64,000 nucleotides of DNA, from contig OZ257142.1 in NCBI GenBank assembly GCA_965279035.1, forward strand, positions 2,144,001-2,208,000. Direction: 5' to 3'. The notes under the pieces were generated by a model, which saw only the letters and a program-made list of their open reading frames with translations, did no database searches and was not told the origin of the DNA. Positions 38,301 through 45,535 of this stretch are shown here, piece by piece. Position 1 is the first letter of the stretch, and each line of letters starts with the position of its first letter. The translations under genes and the position numbers were made by a program. This stretch comes from Bacteroidia bacterium. GTDB lineage: Bacteria > Bacteroidota > Bacteroidia > M30B66.

Positions 38301-40882
38301 CGGTTGTGAGTGGAAACATCACCCAACCAACAGCATTACAAGCATCGGGAGTATTCGGAACAATTGCCTGCTATGGCGGAACAACAACTGTTAACATAAC
38401 AGCAACGGGCGGAACAGCACCATACACGGGAACTGGTTTGAAAACGGTTTCAGCTGGAGCATATAGTTTCACCGTGACAGATGCTCGCGGATGTACTTCG
38501 GTTGTGAGTGGAAACATCACCCAACCAACAGCATTACAAGCATCGGGAGTATTCGGAACAATTGCCTGCTATGGCGGAACAACAACTGTTAACATAACAG
38601 CAACGGGCGGAACAGCACCATACACGGGAACTGGTTTGAAAACGGTTTCAGCTGGAGAATATAGTTTCACCGTGACAGATGCTCGCGGATGTACTTCGGT
38701 TGTGAGTGGAAACATCACCCAACCAACAGCATTACAAGCATCGGGAGTATTCGGAACAATTGCCTGCTATGGCGGAACAACAACTGTTAACATAACAGCA
38801 ACGGGCGGAACAGCACCATACACGGGAACTGGTTTGAAAACGGTTTCAGCTGGAGCATATAGTTTCACCGTGACAGATGCTCGTGGATGTACTTCGGTTG
38901 TGAGTGGAAACATCACCCAACCAACAGCATTACAAGCATCGGGAGTAGTCGGAACAATTGCCTGCTATGGCGGAACAACAACGGTAAATGTTACTGCTAC
39001 AGGCGGAACAGCACCATACACAGGAACAGGTTTGAAAACAGTTTCGGCTGGAGCATATAGTTTTACTGTGACAGATGCTCGCGGATGTACTTCGGTAGTG
39101 AGTGGAAACATCAGTCAACCAACAGCTTTACAAGCATCGGGCGTAGTCGGAACAATTGCCTGCTATGGCGGAACAACAACGGTAAATGTAAGTGCAACAG
39201 GTGGAACAGCACCATACACTGGAACAGGATTGAAAACGGTATCGGCTGGAGCATATAGTTTCACCGTGACAGATGCTCATGGATGTACCAAAACTGTCAC
39301 AGGAACGATTACACAACCAACAGCTTTACAAGCAACAGCAAGCGGTTCAATTGCATGTGCAGGCGGAAAAGCTACTGTTGTTGTTACAGCAAGTGGAGGT
39401 ACAGCTCCATATACTGGAACTGGAACGTTTAACAATCAAACAGCTGGATTGAAAACATATACTGTAACAGATTCTCGAGGTTGTACCAAAGTAGTGACTT
39501 TGAATTTAGTGAATCCATCACCATTAACTATTTCGGCTAGTAGTACACCAGCAAGTTGTGGTTTAAGTAATGGAACCGCAACAGTATCTACAAATAACTG
39601 TACTGGAAGCTTTACGTATTTGTGGATGCCTGGTAATAAAACGACACAAACAATTACTGGATTATCTGCCGGAACTTATACCGTTACAGTAACGAACAGT
39701 AGTGGATGTTCCGCGAATACAACAGTTGTAGTTGGAACACAATCTACTTCGCTAACTGCAACTACTACTCAAACAAATGCTAGTTTTTGGAATGCAAGCA
39801 ATGGTTCCGCCACAGTAAATGTGAGTGGTGGAGTTGCGCCTTACACTTACAGTTGGAATACAAATCCAGTTCAAACAACTCAAACTGCCACTGGATTAAG
39901 TTATCGCAGTCAAGGTTATACTGTTACAGTTTCTTCTTCAAATGGTTGCAGTATTACTAAAACGGTGATGATCACTCAGCCTTCTTATGTTTGTGGAAAT
40001 TATAACAAGTATACCGATGCAAAAGTGAATGGATGGGGAGCTATTCCAAACTGTAGCAATGTGGCGAACGACTGGTTGCATCCAAATTTCAGTACTGTTT
40101 TCCCTAGTGGAATTACCATCGGAAGTAATGGAAGAACGCTCTATTTCGGATGCGCTAAAGCGATTACGAATTATTTACCTGCAACAGGAACGGCAACTCG
40201 CTTAAATGCTGGTAATATCAATAATCCGAAAGCGAATAATTCTCCAACATATACTTCATTGCCTTGTGGTTCTTTAGGTGCAATTTATACCAATACACTT
40301 GCTTCAAAAACTTTGGCACTGGCATTAAATATTGGGTTTGATCAGGCTTATCCAAATTTCTCTCCTTCATCAACTGTAACATTTGGAGATTTGACATATA
40401 ATGCAGCTCCATTTAATGGTTGGAAATTCCGAGATATCTTAACCGAAGCCAATCGACTTTTAGGACAAGGTTTGATTAATGGACAAACCAATTCGTATTA
40501 TACAACAGTGGTTTCAGTTATCAATAATATCTTAACCGGTTGCAATACTACTTGTCCGCAAAATGTTTCTGCTCGTTTAAGCGATGAAGAAGAAGTGAGT
40601 GAAAATGAAGTAAACTTTATTCCTAACTCAATTTCATTATTCCCAAATCCAACCAATGATGTGGTTTATTTGAAACTGAATATTGGACAAGATGCTCAAA
40701 CAACTATTCGTATTTATGATATGAAAGGAGCTTTGGTACATCAGATTATTCTCGATGAACAAATTCCAACTGGCGAAAAACTGTTCGAAATTGAATGTCG
40801 AAATTGGGCACGAGGAATTTATTATGTTCGTTGTTCTATTGCAGACGAACAGCATGTTTTAAAACTTGTTCTGACTGATTAA
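29342..40882 (+). CDS. Giant T9SS-secreted protease-adhesin (3846 aa): 3 LamG-like domains, beta-solenoid region, 2 Cys/Asp metal-binding (MopE-related) motifs, S8/S53-like peptidase, IPT/MBG-like Ig domains, NGRRAV repeats, SprB-like repeats, type A CTD
   Basis: Signal peptide; WHHLAVT / IDELKIWN LamG motifs (three times); DCDD.N..VNP.A.E.CDGIDNNC (twice); GVKVGVLSDS, DEGRAM, SAGN, KPDFCAPNG and FFGTSAAAPHAAG; 66-aa GGTAPY...VTDA.GC repeats; LFPNPT...GIYYVR CTD. Confidence 0.9.
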   Translation: MNFRYLLLVPAILLSFIAKSQSNALNFGGGSDFVNINPMIPYSGDFTLETWFNTSDPNTTFFAWGGPGVNNYLNFGLNTGKPRLAIGNGTFITQLDGIGNWNDGIWHHLAVTKTASTVLFYVDGLASGSGVVTNSAGAYSYSSIGAGLFNNLMQGFAPLSIDELKIWNVAKSAVYISSNYNCNLVAPQPNLVAYYTFNQGIANGSNIGINTLLDQSGNNRNGLLNNFTLTGSSSNWVNSGAIPPTGFYRTVASGNWRNPAIWETKNGNCWVPAIQFPDFHAQDIEVSSGHTIQVDSVIQIDQTTILSGATVIIGIAGNLEVKNGFGADLTIEGTLNISNGLFTQNTSSNTIISNSGICNFAQGTMGGSGNIDISSGTFNIIGTSPKNFSGVNTISNFGLINWATGAGNITFSGGNITLVNNGNFTISTASQLFNNGNPTSTFQIQNAGTLTKNNTGSCIFGDGVTVSNTNQIQLNNGKIEFSNASFINAGSINWNASTTIKTTNSTVEINAGTNIIGDGKFELNTSTISMSSLLEMPTGSSIDMNSGTWNGEGTIRMLANSIFSWYGGNLSGAITTELQSNSTMFIYSNVELTENHAIQNHGTLVFVGDASIDFPGDASQVTIDNYNNLNLTTTGNIIASSGTLNRLTLTNKSGGVITKSSGTTELGAQVKFFNEAGSQLTINGGILNIQSLEKLFEGNIQVNEFGFLGGSSAIEFKGQFLTNSGHVNFPDFIFNGEIQQVINGTSQGAFSNLSINNGLDVILDNDIFIDNNLNLISGFLRGPSKTVTAGTFADILNGSVNSYLDAKLIRGFDIQPTQFFPIGSSSGYTPVSIEVFGAEEGVSIMAQATGTDHPDAANSGLQSQKSINSYWNINSVGSSYDHLDVTFNYNLPQIDLLANPINFQVAQYSNLVWQNLNLGTITQNSIQALNVTTSGEFYVAEGSSPLQGAALNFSGYTNIVQGPDQLIPNSSNPYSVSIWARTDQVVPGVFSTFISQGRKFYLGYDQYGKIRVGDDWLTTVPFPTDGLWHNYLVVRNTNSTELYIDGALAASIDYSISNPEPVNDDPVARFYIGGQWFGPSVENWQGDIDELLVWNRPLCANEIADRYHCEVSFGLPGLIAAYNFNEGIANGSNANVVQVPDHSGNNNNATLINFALEGNSSNWVPVGGVFSGENCSGMESIMIYRDADNDGFGNFNNFMWINGACTIPYGYTYDYDDCDDENSNVNPNAVEFCDGIDNNCSGTADENNALSFDGANDYVTIPEFSIGSNPFTIEFWTRPELWPNNEAYLVSNRTFEFDNVGNWYRISMLSTGHIGVEFGLSNQAVGLNLISSSIVPVGMWSHIALKRDAQNKVSLFINGNPEGTINDLARNFSSLDHNVWIGSWGAINLAFYNGTIDDLRYWNIARTDLEIRSNQVANFAQVDGLLRNYTFNQGGAGGENGAVTTLIDLVNNENGSLNNFALSSDVSGSNWVGSYSTVVYPDIDGDGYGDEANYIEVNSACQVPLNYISYGHDCDDQNSAVNPDATEIANGIDDNCNDQIDENIACNISLSGASGDSLIVCLENNQNTGNVHLVVSGGAAPYTFSGADTLNLTSGVYQYQVIDANGCQANTSVEVIVTHCIIPYYQPPVNDTISNLIGSELTQLFYYPESFADSTTANEIFLISDVEGEVLIEIIANNGQYDALLALLQTPAYGLHDTIDNGDSTLIISGLFPIANLIKLDSLPELINYVRPYYSPINGNFASTGLTKTQGDLVMGGVDAKNGWEVSGQGVKVGVLSDSYNTKTGNKAALDVINGDLPGTGNPNYIQPVVVTGEYNFGRASDEGRAMLQIIHDVAPNAELYFRTGFISPGNFAEGIKELADSGCKVIVDDITYITEPYYQDGVIAQAVEQVSSLGVNYFTSAGNFGSQSYEGVFTQTTAPSGYTGLAHNYGGGDVYQSITLEKGTYTIALQWEDEFYSLGQSNGAQNDLDIYLVDQFGNRLFGFNRNNLGGDPLEILPFVVKATIDANLIVTRKSGSGNVKFKYIVFRGNLKFNEHEQGTSTVVAQANAASAMSVGAVLYSNTPSYGVNPPTPASFSSRGGLLINGIDRQKPDFCAPNGVNTTVNFGGVNIDGDAFPNFFGTSAAAPHAAGAAALIQEATMRFDSIHLSGSEMKAVLKSSALDMVSPGYDVASGSGFIRVSNALQQFANPRPDLQSIELSDSTLTPGEDPISVIFKGNYFNPNASIIFQYDTIPVQFLSDSQLVAQIPQFVGNPPITIYNPAISNNGNDGGISDSLYFFGNIPLNVVVKVNDAVKLYGEKIPAYEVAISVNNQPLASTGLSLEQLGLDDLTFSSSSTNLSNVGLYYRRAHSNVTDLSLFSSQQLAQLYNYQFIDGLLTINRMPLQVTPRDTSLVYGASINGKAIGFHYEYDHTNVDPMDQSVLLDSIETTHQSTISRSVILVDGRRAVNGRILTDSDLLNMSFLASGRVSDNALSVSNGRRAVNGITFDTTSFVPLASEAIFDYQIDDANSTIYNAISLANGRRAVNGIAAANGRRAVNGEVLINGRRAVNGRRAVNGRRAVNSSTFNENSNDNAVVLLDSLDAEDSDGDNTVANDSIVGYTSMNLITGVTVGNWLIAPGVLMSENFTISYGLGHLTITPETLEVKANNQVKTCSSGMPTFTSVQEIYQYEQADSTVIASGPDFSLVNNAGEIVLPANLVAGTYQIVPSNVVLIDSMANYQLVYIPGTLTVSDGPNAKATEGQISCFGGTTTVNVTATGGTAPYTGTGLKTVSAGVYSFTVTDANGCTSVVSGNISQPTALQASGVAGTIACFGGTTTVNVTATGGTAPYTGTGLKTVSVGAYSFTVTDANGCTSVVSGNISQPTALQASGVAGTIACFGGTTTVSVTATGGTAPYTGTGLKTVSAGAYSFTVTDANGCTSVASGNISQPTALQASGVAGTIACYGGTTTVNITATGGTAPYTGTGLKTVSAGAYSFTVTDARGCTSVVSGNITQPTALQASGVFGTIACYGGTTTVNITATGGTAPYTGTGLKTVSAGAYSFTVTDARGCTSVVSGNITQPTALQASGVFGTIACYGGTTTVNITATGGTAPYTGTGLKTVSAGEYSFTVTDARGCTSVVSGNITQPTALQASGVFGTIACYGGTTTVNITATGGTAPYTGTGLKTVSAGAYSFTVTDARGCTSVVSGNITQPTALQASGVVGTIACYGGTTTVNVTATGGTAPYTGTGLKTVSAGAYSFTVTDARGCTSVVSGNISQPTALQASGVVGTIACYGGTTTVNVSATGGTAPYTGTGLKTVSAGAYSFTVTDAHGCTKTVTGTITQPTALQATASGSIACAGGKATVVVTASGGTAPYTGTGTFNNQTAGLKTYTVTDSRGCTKVVTLNLVNPSPLTISASSTPASCGLSNGTATVSTNNCTGSFTYLWMPGNKTTQTITGLSAGTYTVTVTNSSGCSANTTVVVGTQSTSLTATTTQTNASFWNASNGSATVNVSGGVAPYTYSWNTNPVQTTQTATGLSYRSQGYTVTVSSSNGCSITKTVMITQPSYVCGNYNKYTDAKVNGWGAIPNCSNVANDWLHPNFSTVFPSGITIGSNGRTLYFGCAKAITNYLPATGTATRLNAGNINNPKANNSPTYTSLPCGSLGAIYTNTLASKTLALALNIGFDQAYPNFSPSSTVTFGDLTYNAAPFNGWKFRDILTEANRLLGQGLINGQTNSYYTTVVSVINNILTGCNTTCPQNVSARLSDEEEVSENEVNFIPNSISLFPNPTNDVVYLKLNIGQDAQTTIRIYDMKGALVHQIILDEQIPTGEKLFEIECRNWARGIYYVRCSIADEQHVLKLVLTD
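36668..37033 (+). repeat. Seven GRRAVN peptide copies, including a run of NG/NS-initiated hexapeptides (36902-37033)
   Basis: NGRRAV NGIAAA NGRRAV NGEVLI NGRRAV NGRRAV NGRRAV NS, plus two upstream copies at ~36668 and ~36773. Codons differ between copies. Confidence 0.9.
37562..39340 (+). repeat. Tandem array of nine 198-bp (66-aa) SprB-like repeats; copies 4-7 nearly identical in DNA
   Basis: Unit xGTIAC(F/Y)GGTTTVN(V/I)TATGGTAPYTGTGLKTVSAGAYSFTVTDA(N/R)GCTSVVSGNI(S/T)QPTALQASGV, followed by about three more diverged SprB-like units. Confidence 0.95.
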
Positions 40883-40892
40883 ATTTTTACGA

Positions 40893-40925
40893 AAAGAAGA
40901 GAGGTTTTCCTCTCTTCTTTCATTT
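40893..40925 (+). terminator. Hairpin terminator after the giant gene (possibly bidirectional)
   Basis: AAAGAAGAGAGG-TTTT-CCTCTCTTCTTT perfect 12-bp stem. Confidence 0.8.
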
Positions 40926-40995
40926 TCAGGCTATTTGTAAGCATGAATCAAAGAATTGAATCTTTTCATAGATTTACCACGGTGTAGATTATTGT

Positions 40996-42915
40996 ATGTC
41001 CCGAATTCAATCCGGTTTTTTCATTATTATCTGTTTACTTGGATTCAATCTGATGAGTCGAGCAGATGAATCGACCGATTTAAGGAAGTTATTATCTACC
41101 AAATTACCCGATACAACTCGAGTAAATACACTTAATTCTCTGAGTCGGGAATGTGTGAATGAATCGCCAGATAGTGCAATACAAATTGCCTATATGGCAA
41201 GAGAATTAGCACAAAAAGTTAGTTTCAAGCGCGGTTTAGCTTTAGCCAATAAGAATATTGGCATGGGGTATTATTTGCAAGGAAAATACCTCGAAGCCTT
41301 AAGCGCATGGGAGGAAGCTTTAGCCATTTATACACAGTTGGGTGATAAACGCGGAATTGCTAATATGTTGAGTAATGAAGCTGCTATTTATTTTAACCAA
41401 GGAGATGAAGCTAAATCGCTCGAATACGATCTTCAGGCATTAAAGATTTCAGAAGAAATAAACGACACGCTTCGAATTGTAACTTCACTCAATAATATCG
41501 GAACATTGTACCTCAATAAAACGAGTACATATTCAAAAGCATTAGAGAAATTCATCAAGGCATATCAATTAAGTATAGCCATTAAGGATCAATATTTAAT
41601 TGGAACGGCTTCGGTTAATTTGGGAGAAACGTATTACAAAATGAACGATGATGCACAATCGCTTGTGTATCTCAAAGAAGCGTTGATTGCTTTTGATGGC
41701 ACACCCGATTTGCCCGGAGCTCTAAATTACATGGGTAAAGTGTATACCCGTAAACAGGATTTTAACAAAGCACTCGAAACACATCAACGTGCCTACGAAT
41801 ACGCAAAAAACCTCGACACCAAGCTCGACATGACTCAGTCGCTCATTGGATTGGCTCAAACGTATTCCGCTCAAAAGGATTATTCATCAGCCATTCAGGC
41901 TTTTTTAAAAGCTCTAGAAATTGCTCGTCCGGTGAATTTCATTACCGAAATTAAAGACATTTACGAAGGATTGAGTGCAGCCTATTCAGCCAAGCGAGAA
42001 TTTGAAAATGCATTTAATTATCAAACACTTTTGCTTCAGGTAAAAGACACCATATACAATGTCAATACCGACAAGAAATTAGGGATGTTGCAATTTGCAT
42101 TTGATTTAGAAAAGAAAGAATCGGAAATTAATTTATTGACAAAGGATAAAGAGATTCAACAACAAGAAATTAGTCAACAAAAAATTGTGCGAAACAGCTT
42201 TATTGGAGGATTTATTATTGTGTTATTATTTGCAGGAATATTCTTCAAACAGCGCAACCGCATTGGCAAGGAGAAAAAACGCAGTGATGAATTATTACTT
42301 AACATTCTCCCTGAAGAAGTAGCAGAAGAATTAAAAGAAAAGGGTGAAGCCGAGGCTCGATTAATTGAAGATGTTACGGTTTTATTCACCGATTTTAAAG
42401 GCTTTACAGCTATGTCGGAACAGCTAAGTCCGAAAGATTTAGTGCGCGATATTCACGAATGTTTTTCGGCATTCGATCACATCATGGAGAAATATGGAAT
42501 AGAGAAAATAAAAACCATTGGAGATGCATATATGGCAGCAGGAGGAACACCGGTTCAAAGTCCTGATCATGCAGTAAATATTATTAAAGCTGCATTTGAA
42601 ATACGAGAATTTATAGCTGAAGGAAAGGCTAGAAAAATTGCTAATAATCTTCCTTATTTCGAAATACGAATTGGGATTCACACCGGTCCTGTTGTGGCGG
42701 GAATTGTTGGAGTGAAAAAGTTCGCTTATGATATTTGGGGTGATACAGTAAACACAGCCAGTCGAATGGAATCTTCGGGAGAACCTGGAAAAGTGAATAT
42801 TAGCAGTACGACCTATGCGAAAGTAAAAGACTCGTTTTCCTGTGAATACCGAGGTAAAATAACAGCTAAAGGCAAAGGCGAAATTGAAATGTATTTTGTT
42901 GAGCCATTGGGATAA
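40996..42915 (+). CDS. Membrane-bound class III adenylate cyclase with periplasmic TPR repeats
   Basis: Signal peptide, TPR repeats, TM (SFIGGFIIVLLFAGIFF), LLLNILP, VTVLFTDFKGFT, EKIKTIGDAYM, RIGIHTGPVVAG, FAYDIWGDTVNTASRMES. The K/D pair indicates ATP specificity. Confidence 0.93.
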   Translation: MSRIQSGFFIIICLLGFNLMSRADESTDLRKLLSTKLPDTTRVNTLNSLSRECVNESPDSAIQIAYMARELAQKVSFKRGLALANKNIGMGYYLQGKYLEALSAWEEALAIYTQLGDKRGIANMLSNEAAIYFNQGDEAKSLEYDLQALKISEEINDTLRIVTSLNNIGTLYLNKTSTYSKALEKFIKAYQLSIAIKDQYLIGTASVNLGETYYKMNDDAQSLVYLKEALIAFDGTPDLPGALNYMGKVYTRKQDFNKALETHQRAYEYAKNLDTKLDMTQSLIGLAQTYSAQKDYSSAIQAFLKALEIARPVNFITEIKDIYEGLSAAYSAKREFENAFNYQTLLLQVKDTIYNVNTDKKLGMLQFAFDLEKKESEINLLTKDKEIQQQEISQQKIVRNSFIGGFIIVLLFAGIFFKQRNRIGKEKKRSDELLLNILPEEVAEELKEKGEAEARLIEDVTVLFTDFKGFTAMSEQLSPKDLVRDIHECFSAFDHIMEKYGIEKIKTIGDAYMAAGGTPVQSPDHAVNIIKAAFEIREFIAEGKARKIANNLPYFEIRIGIHTGPVVAGIVGVKKFAYDIWGDTVNTASRMESSGEPGKVNISSTTYAKVKDSFSCEYRGKITAKGKGEIEMYFVEPLG

Positions 42916-43121
42916 GTTAGGGGAGATCTAGTATTTTCTAAAATCGTTCAAGCCATAAAAAACTTCAAAACGATTCTCTCAAACTACTTTATGGAAGTAA
43001 TCGAATGAGATATGTAAAATTTTTCCATTCTGATTTGAATGTGTTTATTTTGAAAGGAAATCTATTTTTCTGAATTAATAGTCTTCAACCATTACTTATT
43101 TCAAAACAAATAACACTTTTC

Positions 43122-44216
43122 ATGAAAATATTTAGCTCACTTCTATTATTGATATGTCTGGCTAATTATAGCTATGGACAAAAGATTAAATTAAAAACTC
43201 CCTTTAAAAACATAGAATATTCCGACGATTTTGAACTTTATGAAAATGGAATATACTGCGCGGGATATTCGTTCAAAACTGTTCTCAATGATGGAAATTC
43301 ATCTGATGCTTATATTGAGAAGTATGATAAAGAGACATTGAAATTGCAATGGTCAACAAAAATCAATAATAAGTATTCCAATAAGGTGAATGCAATTATA
43401 GGTCATAACAATAAGCTATATGCACTGGTAACACAAGGAAAAGTTCAACCACTAACACAGGATGTGTATTTGTGTTTATATATTTTAAATTTAAATGGTG
43501 AGATAGAAGATACGGTTCATGTGGGGAAATCATTTTCTAGAACTACACACTTTGCTAAGAGTGGAGATCTTTTGGTGTTTGGCTATCAGAGTTCCGATGG
43601 AATTAGATATAGCAGTAAATCCAATTCAATCTTTGCACGATTCAATACAAGCTCTAAAAAACTTGATCAATTCAAAAGTGAGCATTATGTTTCTGGGGCA
43701 AATAAACTACTCGTGCACAATTCAGATTGCTATTTATTTGGAAATTATATTGAGCCTAATTTGCCTAATGTGCTTGTATGTAAAAAGGGCAAGCTATCGG
43801 TGATTCATATAAAACATAAATTATCGGAGTATTTTATCGATAGTTATATATCAGATAGTTTATTGACTGTTGTTTGTGTGTTCCCCGGCACCTATGAGAA
43901 TAAAACACAATATCTACGTTATTATTACTTTAATCTGAATACAAATTCGATTACGAATAAGACAATTCCATACAAGGATCTTGGATTGAGTGAAATTCGA
44001 TTTGATGTATTTTCTACCGGCTCTTCCTCTTGGATCATTGTAAAGGAAGCAGTAACTGAAAAGTTAAAATATGTTCATATTGATAATAAAGGAACTGTAC
44101 TTTCTAGTATTGAATATCAAGATGGCAATGGTTATGCGGAGAACTTTATATTGGACAATAATTTATTAATTAATGATAGTAAAGGGAGAATTATGATCAT
44201 GAATTATAAAGAATAA
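43122..44216 (+). CDS. Hypothetical secreted protein, probable beta-propeller
   Basis: 364-aa ORF with signal peptide and beta-rich repeating pattern (AYIEKYD...W, LYILNLNGE, YVHIDNKG). No catalytic motif recognised. Confidence 0.6.
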   Translation: MKIFSSLLLLICLANYSYGQKIKLKTPFKNIEYSDDFELYENGIYCAGYSFKTVLNDGNSSDAYIEKYDKETLKLQWSTKINNKYSNKVNAIIGHNNKLYALVTQGKVQPLTQDVYLCLYILNLNGEIEDTVHVGKSFSRTTHFAKSGDLLVFGYQSSDGIRYSSKSNSIFARFNTSSKKLDQFKSEHYVSGANKLLVHNSDCYLFGNYIEPNLPNVLVCKKGKLSVIHIKHKLSEYFIDSYISDSLLTVVCVFPGTYENKTQYLRYYYFNLNTNSITNKTIPYKDLGLSEIRFDVFSTGSSSWIIVKEAVTEKLKYVHIDNKGTVLSSIEYQDGNGYAENFILDNNLLINDSKGRIMIMNYKE

Positions 44217-44302
44217 TTAAATAAAAGCATGGTTGATTTGCAAAAGGGGATATAAAAAACACTGACCGGAAAATAGTATATTCAACAAATTGGGCATTTC
44301 TC

Positions 44303-45535
44303 ATGAAAATTACAACTCCCATTATCTTACTTCTTGCATGTATGGCTTGGGGCTGTAGTTATTCAGCTGGTCCCAAAGAACATTACTACAAAAAGCACGG
44401 ACAAATTTGGAATACTACCAGAATTTATGGATATCCAGATGGCAAGCGTAAGTTAGCTCAAATTGATACGTATAGAAAACAAAACAACTCAAAGGAATCA
44501 TCAACATTCGACCTTCAGGAATCAATTTTGTTTTATGAGCTTTGGCCGAATTATGAATGGAAACTGGTCAGCAAAAAAGGCTTCACCACCTATAAAAATG
44601 GAAAGTATTTATTGAATAATGATTCACTCGTAGTTCCAGACAATGTGATCTATAAATACTTCGACAAGGAGTATATTGAGCATATTGAAGTGTACAAAAA
44701 CGGTAAAAGAATACCATACACAGCAGGATATCCCGATGGACATCGAAGTATGCAGTATTTACGAGAAAAACCCGGTGTGTATAATTGGAAAGATGGTAAA
44801 GAGTATTTCGAACGTCCATTTACCGAAGTAGAGTGGGGGAATCATCTGAAAATGAATGAGCAGTTAAATAGCAAAATAGCTAATGATAAATTAACGATTT
44901 CCCATCTCATTGGAGACTATTACATTTTTACTACTTATAAACCCATTCAAGGAAATTCGTTTCCTTTTAATGGACTGTACTGTGTTACCGATTTAGGTGT
45001 TGTTTTGCTTGATACACCTTGGGATACAACTCAGTTTCAGCCATTACTTGATAGCATTGAAATGAGACATAACAAAAAGGTTCTTGCTTGTATTGTAACC
45101 CATTTCCATGATGATCGAACAGCTGGACTTGCATATTATCGATCTCAAGGCATCAAAACATACTCTTCAAAACAAACATCTGATTTGTGTTTATTAAGGA
45201 ACGAAAAACAAGCAGAATTTTATTTTACACACGATACAACATTCAATTATGGAAATCACAGTTTCCAAACCTATTATGCTGGTGAAGGTCACACACCCGA
45301 TAATTTAGTTATTTGGATGAAGGATGCGAAAATTCTATATGGTGGATGCTTAGTCAAGAGTACCGAAAATAGTGGATTGGGGAATATTGCAGATGCTAAT
45401 TTGGATGCGTGGTATATAACAATCCAATCGATCATGAAAAAATATCCTAATCCTGATTATGTCATTCCGGGACATTTTGGTTGGTCAAATAATAGTGGAT
45501 TACAACACACCTTAAAGCTCTTGAAACAGCAATGA
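44303..45535 (+). CDS. Subclass B1 metallo-beta-lactamase (BlaB/IND/MUS-like) fused to an N-terminal ~190-aa lipoprotein domain
   Basis: The C-terminal ~216 aa (from ~44885) carry LLDTPWD, THFHDDRTAG (H116/H118/D120), GHTPDN (H196), YGGCLVKS (C221/K224), LGN (N233) and VIPGH (H263). N-terminal lipobox-like MAWG-C. Confidence 0.9.
   Translation: MKITTPIILLLACMAWGCSYSAGPKEHYYKKHGQIWNTTRIYGYPDGKRKLAQIDTYRKQNNSKESSTFDLQESILFYELWPNYEWKLVSKKGFTTYKNGKYLLNNDSLVVPDNVIYKYFDKEYIEHIEVYKNGKRIPYTAGYPDGHRSMQYLREKPGVYNWKDGKEYFERPFTEVEWGNHLKMNEQLNSKIANDKLTISHLIGDYYIFTTYKPIQGNSFPFNGLYCVTDLGVVLLDTPWDTTQFQPLLDSIEMRHNKKVLACIVTHFHDDRTAGLAYYRSQGIKTYSSKQTSDLCLLRNEKQAEFYFTHDTTFNYGNHSFQTYYAGEGHTPDNLVIWMKDAKILYGGCLVKSTENSGLGNIADANLDAWYITIQSIMKKYPNPDYVIPGHFGWSNNSGLQHTLKLLKQQ

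Noticed and set aside
37562-39340. Regular repeats as a possible CRISPR array
   Set aside because: Units are 198 bp, in frame within a CDS, with no unique spacers and no cas genes.
42916-44302. Integron attC-like sites around the accessory genes
   Set aside because: Only isolated GTT/AAC words are present, with no paired R/L boxes forming a convincing hairpin and no integrase.
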